A stretch of DNA of 64,000 nt, taken from assembly GCA_965205975.1 (NCBI GenBank), contig OZ242195.1:2592001-2656000 (forward strand). Reading direction: 5' to 3'. Positions 1 to 9,253 of the stretch are shown piece by piece (position 1 is the first letter of the stretch; each line of letters begins with the position of its first letter). A model generated the notes under the pieces. It searched no databases. It saw only the letters and a program-made list of their open reading frames with translations, and was not told the origin of the DNA. This DNA is from Candidatus Latescibacterota bacterium (GTDB taxonomy: Bacteria > Latescibacterota > UBA2968). A program made the translations under genes and the position numbers.

Positions 1-552
1 GATCTGCCCTACCGCATTGCCAATCCAATCTACGCAGAGGTGGTCCCCCGCGAACTGACGTGGGTGGTTCAAGGAGAGTTCGAACAGGACACGGCCTGGT
101 ATGTAAAAGCCGATGGCAGCCTGGATCTGGTCAAGTTGCTCGCCGCTTTCCAGACATTCTTCCGCGAGCACTCCGAGCATTGGGTTGAGCGGTTCGAGTA
201 CAAAGAGGCCGGGCCACAACTGCTCTTGCAAGCGTTTTTACAGCGCGTGGTGAACAGCGGTGGTCGCATTGAGCGCGAATACGGCCTGGGGCGAGGGCGC
301 ACGGACTTGCTCATCGTCTGGCCGCAAGGGGATCAAACGCGTCGGTTCGTGGTCGAATGCAAAATTCTGCACAAAAGTCTGGAGCAAACCATCGCCGAGG
401 GCATTGAGCAAACCGCTGACTACATGGACCGCTGCGCGGCAGAAGCGGGCCATCTCGTGATCTTCGACCGCAGCGACAGCCCCTGGGCAGACAAAATCTT
501 CCATCGCCGGGTATCGGCAGGAGATAACTGCATTGATGTGTGGGGGATGTGA
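1..552 (+). CDS. AAA-ATPase-like protein with C-terminal PD-(D/E)XK nuclease domain, 5'-partial
   Basis: Frame open from base 1 (DLPYRIANPIYAEVVPREL); motifs REYGLGRGRTDL and VVECK. Confidence 0.75.
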   Translation, partial: DLPYRIANPIYAEVVPRELTWVVQGEFEQDTAWYVKADGSLDLVKLLAAFQTFFREHSEHWVERFEYKEAGPQLLLQAFLQRVVNSGGRIEREYGLGRGRTDLLIVWPQGDQTRRFVVECKILHKSLEQTIAEGIEQTADYMDRCAAEAGHLVIFDRSDSPWADKIFHRRVSAGDNCIDVWGM

Positions 553-564
553 GCGGAGAATGGA

Positions 565-603
565 CAGAGCGGGGTACAACTGGCCGCCTCCCAGACCAGC
601 TCA
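565..603 (-). repeat. TGARCTGG-hairpin mini-element, copy 1
   Basis: Reverse complement TGAGCTGGTCTGGGAGGCGGCCAGTTGTACCCCGCTCTG matches copies at 13120, 31511 and 31556. Confidence 0.8.
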
Positions 604-670
604 TAGAGTAATCAACGCCTTGTAGATGAAGCAGCAAAACGCAAAAACACTCACAGAAAGGAGCAAAGCC

Positions 671-1551
671 ATGGTAAGGATAACACCCATAAAACGAAGA
701 CAACGCCGTGTGAAGATATCTCTGGTACAACAGGAGAAGAAGAAAGTGTTGGTTGCGGAAGGTGACTCCTGGTTTAGCTACTCTTGGCAGTTTATCCATA
801 TAACAGATGTCTTGGATAAATTGGAGGATGAGTTTGGTTACGAAGTGGAAGAGGTCGCCGATGCGGGCGACTTCCTCGAGTCGATGGCCTATGAGAAGCG
901 CCAGATAAACAAACTTATCGAATGTCTGACAGAACTCAAAGACAAAAAAATAACACCCCAAGCCATCCTATTTTCAGGCGGTGGCAACGATCTCTTCGGT
1001 AAATCCAAGGAATTCAATAACTCCGATAAATCCTATCTGGAACATCTTCTTAACTACAAGAACCCAAAGCTTAATGTATTGAATGAGGAACTGGTTAAAG
1101 CTATGATTGATTGCCGTCTCTATGAAGCGTACAAGGAACTAATCATTCGCGTAACTTGCAAAAGCGGAGAATTGTACCCTGAGGCAATCCCTATTTTCAT
1201 TCACGGCTACGCCGCGGCTGTTCCAGATGGAAAAGGTATTTGGGGCGGCTGGTGGATCTTGCCTGGACCCTGGCTCAAGCGAGCATTCAAGAATAAGGGT
1301 TATAAAGATCTGAAAGAAAATACTAAAACTATGGAGAAATTGACTAATCGCTTCAACTGTATGCTATCGAAACTTGCCAACGAATTTGATCATGTTACCT
1401 ATGTGGATGTCCGTCCCTGCCTGAGCAATTCGCTGAAAAACGATGCCTACAAGGAAGATTGGGCTAACGAACTTCATCCCACAGAAAAGGTTTTAAGAAA
1501 GTAGCACAGAAATTTCATGAAGAAATCCAAAATCTGGCTCAACCGGAATAG
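671..1551 (+). CDS. SGNH/GDSL hydrolase-family protein with apparent 1-nt frameshift near the 3' end
   Basis: AEGDSW, SGGGND, HGY and ELHPT motifs; AAGGAG before ATG 671; frame stops at 1504 but the -1 frame continues KGFKKVAQKF to TAG 1551. Confidence 0.75.
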
Positions 1552-1597
1552 TGGTCAGCACTTTGCTGCACCATGCATTTTATAAAGGAGTTTACCT

Positions 1598-3310
1598 ATG
1601 CCTTCTCCCAACGTAGTCTTTGTAATTACCGATGATCAGGGCTATGGCGACCTTGGATGCCACGGCAATGACATCATCCAGACGCCCAACCTCGACCAGC
1701 TTTACACCGAAAGCGTGCGATTTACCAATTACCACGTCGGTCCTACCTGCGCGCCCACCCGGGCGGGCATCATGACGGGACGCTATTGCAACTGCACGGG
1801 CGTATGGCACACCATCGCGGGACGCTCGCTATTACGCAAAGACGAAACCACCATCGCCGACTTCTTCAAAGCAGCGGGATATCGCACCGGCATGTTTGGC
1901 AAATGGCATCTCGGCGACAACTATCCATTTCACCCGCACAATCGGGGCTTTGACACGGTCGTTTACCACGGCGGCGGCGGCGTACACCAGACCCCTGACT
2001 ACTGGGGCAATACCTATTTCAACGACACGTACTTCCGCAACGGCGTACCTGAAAAATTCAGAGGCTACTGCACGGACATCTGGTTTGACGAAGCCAAAAA
2101 ATTCATCGAAGACTGCGGCGACACGCCCTTCTTCTGCTATATCCCCACCAACGCACCACACGGTCCCTTCAACATAGCCGATCACTACCGCGAACTCTAC
2201 AACGGCGACGGCTTGCCCGGCCAGCGCGACCGCTTTTACGGCATGATCACCAACATCGACGAAAACGTCGGTCTCATGCGCGACTTCCTCCGCGAAAAGG
2301 GATTGGAAGAAAACACCATCTTCATCTTCATGACCGACAATGGCACGGCCAATGGCTGCACCCTCGACGGCAATGGCTATGTCACAGATGGTTTCAACGA
2401 TGGTATGCGCGGAAAAAAAGGCTCGGAATACGAAGGCGGGCATCGCGTCCCCTTCTTCTTTCACTGGCCCGCAGGGGGATACGCCAGCGGACGGGACATC
2501 GATACCCTCATTGCCAACATCGACTTCTTGCCCACCCTTTGCGACCTCTGTGACGTCCCCATCTCAGACGAAGCCCGCGAACGCATCAACGGTACCAGCG
2601 TCAAACCCCTCCTCGAAGGCACGGACAACTGGCCCAAACGCACAATCGTCACGGACTCACAGCGCGTGGAAAATCCCATCAAATGGCGCAAATGCGCGAC
2701 CATGACACAGCGCTGGCGGCTCATCAACGGCGAAGAACTCTACGACATGGACACCGACCGCGAACAACGCCACAATGTCGCCGAGCAACACCCCGATATC
2801 GTCGCAGAACTGCGCCAGCACTACGAAGACTGGTGGGCACTTGTCTCCGAACGCTTTGGCGAAGACGTACCCATCATCGTCGGCTCTGAAAGCGAACCCG
2901 TCTCTGTGATCACAACCCACGACTGGCACAACGAAAACAGCGATTCCGCCTGGAATCAGGGGGCGATCCGCCGCGGGGTGGAATGCAATGGTCGCTGGGC
3001 AATCGACGTAGCCGAATCGGGTAATTACACCTTTGAATTGCGCCGATGGCCCCGCGAAGAAGACCGCGCCATCACCGAAGGCATCCCCGGCAAACTCACG
3101 CCCTATTACGGCGGCAATGCAATTCCCGTCAGCACCGCCCGCATCAAAGTCGCAGGGGAAGAACAATCGCAATCCATCGGTCTCGAAGACAAAGGCATCG
3201 CCTTTACCTGCACCCTCCAGGCCGGTGAAACGAGCCTCGAAACCGAACTCACCGATGAGAATGGTATCTCGCTGGGAGCGTATTACGTATATGTTGAGCG
3301 GGTGGAATAA
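1598..3310 (+). CDS. Arylsulfatase (S1 family, Cys-type)
   Basis: DDQGYGD, CAPTR, GKWHLG, TDNG and YEGGHRVP motifs; AAGGAG RBS. Confidence 0.93.
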   Translation: MPSPNVVFVITDDQGYGDLGCHGNDIIQTPNLDQLYTESVRFTNYHVGPTCAPTRAGIMTGRYCNCTGVWHTIAGRSLLRKDETTIADFFKAAGYRTGMFGKWHLGDNYPFHPHNRGFDTVVYHGGGGVHQTPDYWGNTYFNDTYFRNGVPEKFRGYCTDIWFDEAKKFIEDCGDTPFFCYIPTNAPHGPFNIADHYRELYNGDGLPGQRDRFYGMITNIDENVGLMRDFLREKGLEENTIFIFMTDNGTANGCTLDGNGYVTDGFNDGMRGKKGSEYEGGHRVPFFFHWPAGGYASGRDIDTLIANIDFLPTLCDLCDVPISDEARERINGTSVKPLLEGTDNWPKRTIVTDSQRVENPIKWRKCATMTQRWRLINGEELYDMDTDREQRHNVAEQHPDIVAELRQHYEDWWALVSERFGEDVPIIVGSESEPVSVITTHDWHNENSDSAWNQGAIRRGVECNGRWAIDVAESGNYTFELRRWPREEDRAITEGIPGKLTPYYGGNAIPVSTARIKVAGEEQSQSIGLEDKGIAFTCTLQAGETSLETELTDENGISLGAYYVYVERVE

Positions 3311-3359
3311 AGCGAGGAGATGGGGGTCGGGTGGACATCTCACCTATAAAAAAAACACA

Positions 3360-3773
3360 ATGGAAAAAGGATTGTTACTCATCCTCGCGCTTTTCTTCGT
3401 GAGTGTCCCTTCATGGAGTGCGGAATCTCAGCCCGATTCTCTCGCATCGGATCGTCGCGTGCGCGGTGCGGTATTGCGGTCTATCGCACTGCCAGGATGG
3501 GGACAATTTTATAATGGCAAGCGCGTAAAAGGCAGCATAATTGCGACCGCAGAGGTCGCTTCGGCCATCGCCTGGGTCGTGCGTCGCAAACAGATCAAAG
3601 ATCGGGGGACTCAGGAACGGAACCTGTACCTCTTCTCAACCATTGGGATTGTGCTCTACAGCGTGGGAGATGCTTATGTGGATGCCCATCTCAGCCGGGT
3701 AGATTGGGCGGAAGTGGAGGCGGGTATCGATGAAAATGGCGCGGCAAAATTTCGCCTAAAATTAAGGTTTTGA
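3360..3773 (+). CDS. Signal-peptide membrane protein, DUF5683-like
   Basis: Signal-like N-terminus; RSIALPGWGQFYNG and DAYVDAHL motifs. Confidence 0.7.
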   Translation: MEKGLLLILALFFVSVPSWSAESQPDSLASDRRVRGAVLRSIALPGWGQFYNGKRVKGSIIATAEVASAIAWVVRRKQIKDRGTQERNLYLFSTIGIVLYSVGDAYVDAHLSRVDWAEVEAGIDENGAAKFRLKLRF

Positions 3774-3811
3774 TGTCGCTTTAGCGCGGATAGTGGAGTT
3801 ACCCCGCTTTA

Positions 3812-5551
3812 GATGCTGTTGCCGAATTAAATAATGGGCATACCATGTAGGGTTTCTGGTTCCGTGTATCTCTTCCCTTTTACCGAGGTGATCCATGTCC
3901 CTACCCAAAGGTCCTATCGAACCTGTGCCCGCAGAGACCGTTCGCATTGCCCAAACTGCCTTCCCTAAAGGCAATATCTATATGAAGATGCGCGATGAGT
4001 TAGGCTCCATTTATGAGAATGCCCAATTTGCAGACCTCTTTCCACGTCGTGGTCAATCAGCAGAGAGTCCCTGGCGATTGGCTTTGGTGACGATTATGCA
4101 GTTTGCTGAAAATCTGACGGATCGACAAGCGGTCGACGCGGTGCGAAGTCGCATAGATTGGAAGTATGCATTAGGCTTAAATCTTGAGGATTCGGGTTTT
4201 GATTTTTCTGTGTTATGTAAATTTCGTAAGCGTTTAATTCAACACCAGGCAACCCACCGTCTGTTTGATATTCTGCTCACGCTTTTCGTCCAGCGAGGCT
4301 TCGTCCATACTCGTGGTCGCCAGCGAACCGATTCGACGCACATTCTGGCAGCGATCCGCTCGTTAAACCGATTAGAATTAGTCAGCGAAGCCGTGCGGCA
4401 GGTCTTAGAAACACTGGCCAAAGCTGCGCCACCATTTCTCCAAGGTCGCGTTCCAAGTGTGTGGGTAGAACGCTATGGACAACCCCTCAATGAGCAGCGC
4501 TTACCCACCGATGACCGAGAACAAACTCTATTTGCTGAGGCGGTTGGACGTGATGGACGCACACTTTTACAATGGATTTATGACGAGCCGCAATGGTATG
4601 GCCTGCATGTTCTACCAGCAGTAGAAACGCTACGCCAGATCTGGGTGCAACAATTTTACGAAGTCGATGATCACCTGCATTGGCGCGCCAACAATCAGAC
4701 ACCGCCAGCGACTTATCGCATTGTATCTCCCTATGATCGCCAAGCACGGCAAGGGCGAAAGCGAGATACAAGATGGTTCGGATACAAGGTTCATATGACT
4801 GAAACGTGTGAGAAAGATCAACCCAACTTGGTGATCCAGGTAGAAACACAGCCAGCACCTCAACAGGATGTTTTGGCAACCCCAAAAATCCACCAGGATT
4901 TGGAAGAAGAAGGGCTTTTACCCACTGTACATATTGTAGATACGGCCTATATGAGTGGTCCACTCATGGTTGAGAGCCAAAAGGCTTTTGGCGTTGAATT
5001 ACTCGGTCCGGTTCTACCGGATACCAGTTGGCAAGCTCAGGCTGATGAAGGCTTTGACATCACCCATTTTCAGGTTGATTGGAAAAACCAAAAGGTAACT
5101 TGTCCTGAAGGACAAACCAATCGCTATTGGCGAACAGGCAAGGATCGGCATGATCATCCCGTGATTCGCGTATATTTTCCTCCAAAAATCTGTAATGCCT
5201 GTCCTGTTGTCACCAAATGCACGCAAAGTGCAACGGGGCGAAGCTTGAGTATAAAACCAAAAGTAGAACACGAAGCCACACAAGAGGCACGACAACGCCA
5301 AGAATTACCCGAATTTAAGGAAAATATCATGCTCGGGCAGGTATAGAAGGCACGCTGTCCCAAGCAGTTATTGCTTTAGGGATGCGAAAAACGCGCTATC
5401 GTGATCCCGTCAAGGTTCACTTTCAACATTTAACCACAGCGGCGGCCATAAATTTGAAACGTGTTTATGAGTGGCTCAATGAAACGCCACGGGCTACGAC
5501 ACGAACATCAGCCTTCGCTGCTTTGGCCGCATAGAATTCGGCAACAGCATC
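3812..5551 (+). mobile_element. IS1182-family insertion sequence
   Basis: Perfect 17-bp terminal inverted repeats GATGCTGTTGCCGAATT (3812-3828) and AATTCGGCAACAGCATC (5535-5551), TA on both flanks, enclosing a DDE transposase. Confidence 0.88.
3895..5534 (+). pseudogene. IS1182-family transposase, frameshifted at the A-run 5321-5324
   Basis: RIDWKYAL, QRTDSTH, GYKVH and VDTAY motifs; the YHARAGIEGTLSQ C-terminus lies in the shifted frame ending TAG 5534. Confidence 0.8.
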
Positions 5552-5568
5552 TAAAACGGGTCAAGTCC

Positions 5569-5703
5569 ACTGACCCCAATTGTGCCATCGCCATCCAAAT
5601 CGTACTTAGCGTCGTAACCAGAATCGCCTCAACTTGCCCCGAACTTCTCTACAAATGTCAGGAAGCCTGCCAAATCAACCTGACCATTTCTATCTCAGTC
5701 GGG
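5569..5703 (-). pseudogene. Remnant of a dockerin/EF-hand-like domain
   Basis: Minus strand reads PD*DRNGQVDLAGFLTFVEKFGAS*GDSGYDAKYDLDGDGTIGVS, with two in-frame TGA and no start. Confidence 0.7.
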
Positions 5704-5946
5704 TAGATTCGGCTAAATTTTAAGTTTTGATAGCATTGCGTTCCTTAATGGCTCTGCAAACCATTCCTCCTTGAAGGCATTGACCTCTACAGCGAGGCAC
5801 GGGTTTAACGATACCCCTTAGGCGGGCCTCGGCAGATTCCGGACACACAAGCACATACCGCACGCCGCAGGCATGATGTAGCCAACCTTTATCACGAGCA
5901 CAGCGAGTCATCTCTTGAAGGTTTTAAAGGCTTCCTAAGACGACTT

Positions 5947-6261
5947 CTACAGGCCGAGTTCCGTTTCCGTACGAATTTCTCGGATAATTGAGTTGATCTC
6001 CTCTTCGGACGAGATATGCCTTGCCAGAACGGTCTCTGTCGTTTGTAGTACCCGAGCACCAAAAAGGCTGGCTATATCTTGTCGCAATCCTTGCCCAATA
6101 TAGAACTTGAGCAATGCCTGGACTGACATGTCTCGATTGGCAGCGACCTGCTTGAGGGAATTAAGCGCGTCCGTTGGCATCCCTATGGATACCTTTTCCG
6201 TCGCACGCGGACGGAACGTAAGATCAAATGTTTCTTTTGTTTTCTTTTCAGGCTTCTTCAT
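5947..6261 (-). CDS. Putative antitoxin (CopG/BrnA-like) paired with BrnT
   Basis: 104 aa overlapping the BrnT end; RHH-like segment VSIGMPTDALNSLKQVA...LLKFYI. Confidence 0.7.
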   Translation of the reverse strand: MKKPEKKTKETFDLTFRPRATEKVSIGMPTDALNSLKQVAANRDMSVQALLKFYIGQGLRQDIASLFGARVLQTTETVLARHISSEEEINSIIREIRTETELGL

Positions 6262-6541
6262 ATAATTTCCTTTCAGGGCGTGTTGCGCGACGCGCAGATA
6301 TGATGCGCGTCCGTTGGTCTCGCTCCACATAAACGACCAGCAAAATGCGTTGCAGAAGCGAGTAACCAACAATGAAATCTCGTTGCTCGTCATCGGTGGA
6401 AGCATCGCCTGTTTGATGGAAAGGATCGAAGAAGACTTCGGCTGCTTCTTCAAAAGCGATGCCATGCTTCAGCAAGTTGCTCTGGGCTTTGTTCTCATCC
6501 CACTGAAACTCAATGTCTTGAAGTTGAAATAAAATGCTCAT
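6248..6541 (-). CDS. brnT: BrnT-family toxin
   Basis: FQWDENKAQSNLLKHGIAFEEA...RIISARRAT signature. Confidence 0.9.
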   Translation of the reverse strand: MSILFQLQDIEFQWDENKAQSNLLKHGIAFEEAAEVFFDPFHQTGDASTDDEQRDFIVGYSLLQRILLVVYVERDQRTRIISARRATRPERKLYEEA

Positions 6542-6619
6542 GAGACAGTCTTAATAAATCAGAGAGCCAATGTACCTTGATGTCGCTGGAATGCTATCGG
6601 CGACATCGTCCGATTGTTT

Positions 6620-7591
6620 TTATATATACCGAATATTCTTCCCCAGAGTCGCCACCATCTCGCCGCTTGATACCATCGGCAGCAAATTTTCCGACCAGAA
6701 AATCGACTCCTCTGGCGCGCGCAATGTCTCGAGCACAGTGCCAAACGGATCGGTAATATCTGCAACGGGATCGTCCTTTTGCAAATGATCGTAGTGCTGC
6801 GCGTGAAACTCTATAAACCCACCCCGATTGGCCAACACCGTCAAAAACCCATCCACCACCACTTGCTTCTTGGGTATAAACGGCTCGCCCGGTATAACCC
6901 CGTAATACTTCAACACATTCTCAACACCTGTAATACCCTTCTGAATACTCTCCCTATCCCAACCCATGCATCCACCGAGTTCGGGATCAATCGTCGGAAT
7001 TCCCTCATCTGGAGCAGAACGCGCGAGTTGGCCTGCGGGACCACGCTGGTCGAGAATATAGCCAATGCCAAACACCTGAGCCATCTCCATACACACGCGG
7101 TGAATGCGCTTGCGCCGATCCACCCGCACGCGCACCTCGTCAATCATCGGTCGGCGCCCCCCCTGGTGCAAATCAATACAATAATCGGACTGCAACACCG
7201 CATTGTGAAATAACCGATAGGCAATGCGCTCGCTCGACGTGCCATCTTTGCGTCCGGGAAAACACCGATTCATCTTTTTTTCATCAACCGGACTAAATGC
7301 CTGATGCGCGTGAAACGCGTGAAAATTGACAATCAACACCGCAATAACCCGCCCGCTCATCACCGTCGGATCCAGCCGTTTCAACACCTGTCGAATCACG
7401 CTGATGCCATTTAACTCATCCCCATCGCTAATTGCCTGCAAATAAATCGTCGGTCCTTCCTCAGCACCATTGATCAGAGATACCGGAACGCGCGCAGGCG
7501 ACCCATCCTGCATCTCAGCCACCTTCAAATAGCCATCCGTGCGCTGTCCAGACTCAGCCCGAAGATGTTCAACGCGAAGCAATTCACCCAT
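6620..7591 (-). CDS. Succinylglutamate desuccinylase/aspartoacylase (M14-type) family protein
   Basis: DGDELNG, MNRCFPG and IDLHQG motifs; C-terminal barrel-sandwich hybrid-like region. Confidence 0.85.
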   Translation of the reverse strand: MGELLRVEHLRAESGQRTDGYLKVAEMQDGSPARVPVSLINGAEEGPTIYLQAISDGDELNGISVIRQVLKRLDPTVMSGRVIAVLIVNFHAFHAHQAFSPVDEKKMNRCFPGRKDGTSSERIAYRLFHNAVLQSDYCIDLHQGGRRPMIDEVRVRVDRRKRIHRVCMEMAQVFGIGYILDQRGPAGQLARSAPDEGIPTIDPELGGCMGWDRESIQKGITGVENVLKYYGVIPGEPFIPKKQVVVDGFLTVLANRGGFIEFHAQHYDHLQKDDPVADITDPFGTVLETLRAPEESIFWSENLLPMVSSGEMVATLGKNIRYI

Positions 7592-7702
7592 AATATTTAT
7601 CGCTCCTGAAAAAAGCCGAATATCTCTTTATTTTTCGTGTTAAAAAAACAGGTGAAACCATGTGATGTCAACCAAAAAGAGCGTAATATTTTTTTGTTAG
7701 GT

Positions 7703-7731
7703 TTGACAACTGTCATGTGACACATTACATT
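7703..7731 (+). promoter_or_regulatory. Sigma70-like promoter of higBA with palindromic operator
   Basis: TTGACA-17 bp-TACATT; TGTCA-tg-TGACA palindrome at 7711-7722. Confidence 0.7.
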
Positions 7732-7737
7732 AAAAAT

Positions 7738-8019
7738 ATGATACGCACCTTTGCCAATAGAGAAACTCAGGAACTCTTCACCAAAGGACAATCAAGACGT
7801 TTACCACCTGATATAATTAGAAGAGCCATTCGCCGTCTGGAATACATCGATCTGGCCGATACCCTCGACGATTTAAAGATACCGCCGAGCAACCGTCTTC
7901 ATGCCTTAAAAGGAAGCAGAAGAGGACAACATTCTATTTCCATTAACACACAATGGCGAATCTGTTTTCGATTCATTAATGGCGATGCTTATGATGTCGA
8001 AATCACTGACTATCATTAG
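7738..8019 (+). CDS. higB: HigB (RelE/ParE-type) toxin
   Basis: MIRTFANRETQELF...PPSNRLHALKG...SISINTQWRICFRF...ITDYH. Confidence 0.92.
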   Translation: MIRTFANRETQELFTKGQSRRLPPDIIRRAIRRLEYIDLADTLDDLKIPPSNRLHALKGSRRGQHSISINTQWRICFRFINGDAYDVEITDYH

Positions 8020-8030
8020 GAGAAACCAAA

Positions 8031-8348
8031 ATGTCCATACCGAATATCCACAAACGTGAAATCCCGCCAACACATCCCGGCGAAATGCTCCGAGAAGATT
8101 TCATGTCCGATTTTCATTTGACCCCGACCTCACTCGCGTCTGCTCTGGGTGTTTCGCGTCAAACAGTACATGACCTATTAAAAGAAAAACGCGCTGTAAC
8201 CCCCCTCATGGCCCTTCGATTATCCCGTCTATTTGGCAATCCCCCAGAATTTTGGTCGCGAGCACAGCAAGCAAGAGACCTGTGGGAATCTGAACAACAA
8301 TATCTCGATGACCTCGATCACATTCATCCGCTTACACCGCAGTATTAA
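8031..8348 (+). CDS. higA: HigA antitoxin (HTH)
   Basis: HPGEMLREDF, HTH, MALRLSRLFG-PEFW; directly downstream of higB. Confidence 0.92.
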   Translation: MSIPNIHKREIPPTHPGEMLREDFMSDFHLTPTSLASALGVSRQTVHDLLKEKRAVTPLMALRLSRLFGNPPEFWSRAQQARDLWESEQQYLDDLDHIHPLTPQY

Positions 8349-8352
8349 ATTT

Positions 8353-8392
8353 AAAAAGAGCCGATCCATTTTCGGATCGGCTCTTTCATTTA
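8353..8392. terminator. Bidirectional intrinsic terminator
   Basis: AAAGAGCCGATCC/GGATCGGCTCTTT stem between convergent genes. Confidence 0.8.
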
Positions 8393-8414
8393 TTACACCA
8401 ATAATAGATTCTCT

Positions 8415-9161
8415 CTACCCCTCATCATAATCAGTCAACGGACGGATCCAGATATTGCGATAACGCACGGGATCTCCGTGATCTTGCAGCATCAACGGTC
8501 CGGTAGGCCCGTGCGGCGTATCGTAATTCGACACATTCCTGTGTCCGGTCGGCCCCATAGCCTCTTTGCGGTTGTGCAACACGACACCATTCAAAAACAC
8601 CGTCAAATAAGCGGGCTTCACCAGCGTATCGCCATCGTATTCCGGTGCTTCAAAAACAATATCATAAGCCTGCCATTCACCCGGCGGACGCGTCGCATTC
8701 ACCAGCGGTGGAAACTGACTGTAAATCGCGCCCGTCGTACCATCGGAATACGTCGGATTGTCATATCCATCCAGCACCTGCACCTCGTATTTCCCGATCA
8801 AAAACACACCGCTATTTCCCCGCCCCTGGCTGCTGCCGCGCACTTCTGACGGACAGGCAAACTCTATATGCAACTGCGCGCTTCCAAACTCATCTTTCGT
8901 CCGGATATTCCCTGTACGGGGATTCACCTCTACATACCCATCCTCCACCGTCCATGTCGGATCTCCACCATCGAGACTTTGCCAACTGGACAAATCCGTA
9001 CCATCAAACAGCACCACGGCATCCGATGGCGCATCACCTGCACTGGCTCCCGGCGTCACCACGCGCGGTGCTGGCCGATTCTTATCGTGAACGCGCCACG
9101 GTTGATTGGGCAACATTGGCGTATCGTCATACCCCACCGGCGTGTGTTTTTCTGCTGCCAT
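8415..9161 (-). CDS. DUF1080 (3-keto-disaccharide hydrolase-like) protein
   Basis: LFDGTDL, GRGNSGVF, YEVQVLD and LQDHGDPVRYRNIWIR motifs. Confidence 0.9.
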   Translation of the reverse strand: MAAEKHTPVGYDDTPMLPNQPWRVHDKNRPAPRVVTPGASAGDAPSDAVVLFDGTDLSSWQSLDGGDPTWTVEDGYVEVNPRTGNIRTKDEFGSAQLHIEFACPSEVRGSSQGRGNSGVFLIGKYEVQVLDGYDNPTYSDGTTGAIYSQFPPLVNATRPPGEWQAYDIVFEAPEYDGDTLVKPAYLTVFLNGVVLHNRKEAMGPTGHRNVSNYDTPHGPTGPLMLQDHGDPVRYRNIWIRPLTDYDEG

Positions 9162-9253
9162 TTCGTTTCCTTTCTAAAATGAAGTGAATATTTTATTTTC
9201 AAACCATGATCATAAAAATACAAAGATGTGTCAAGCCCGCAATACACAATACC

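Noticed and set aside
5720..5945. Possible structured ncRNA or gene relic
   Set aside because: No convincing long stem or protein motif; an Rfam/blastx search is needed
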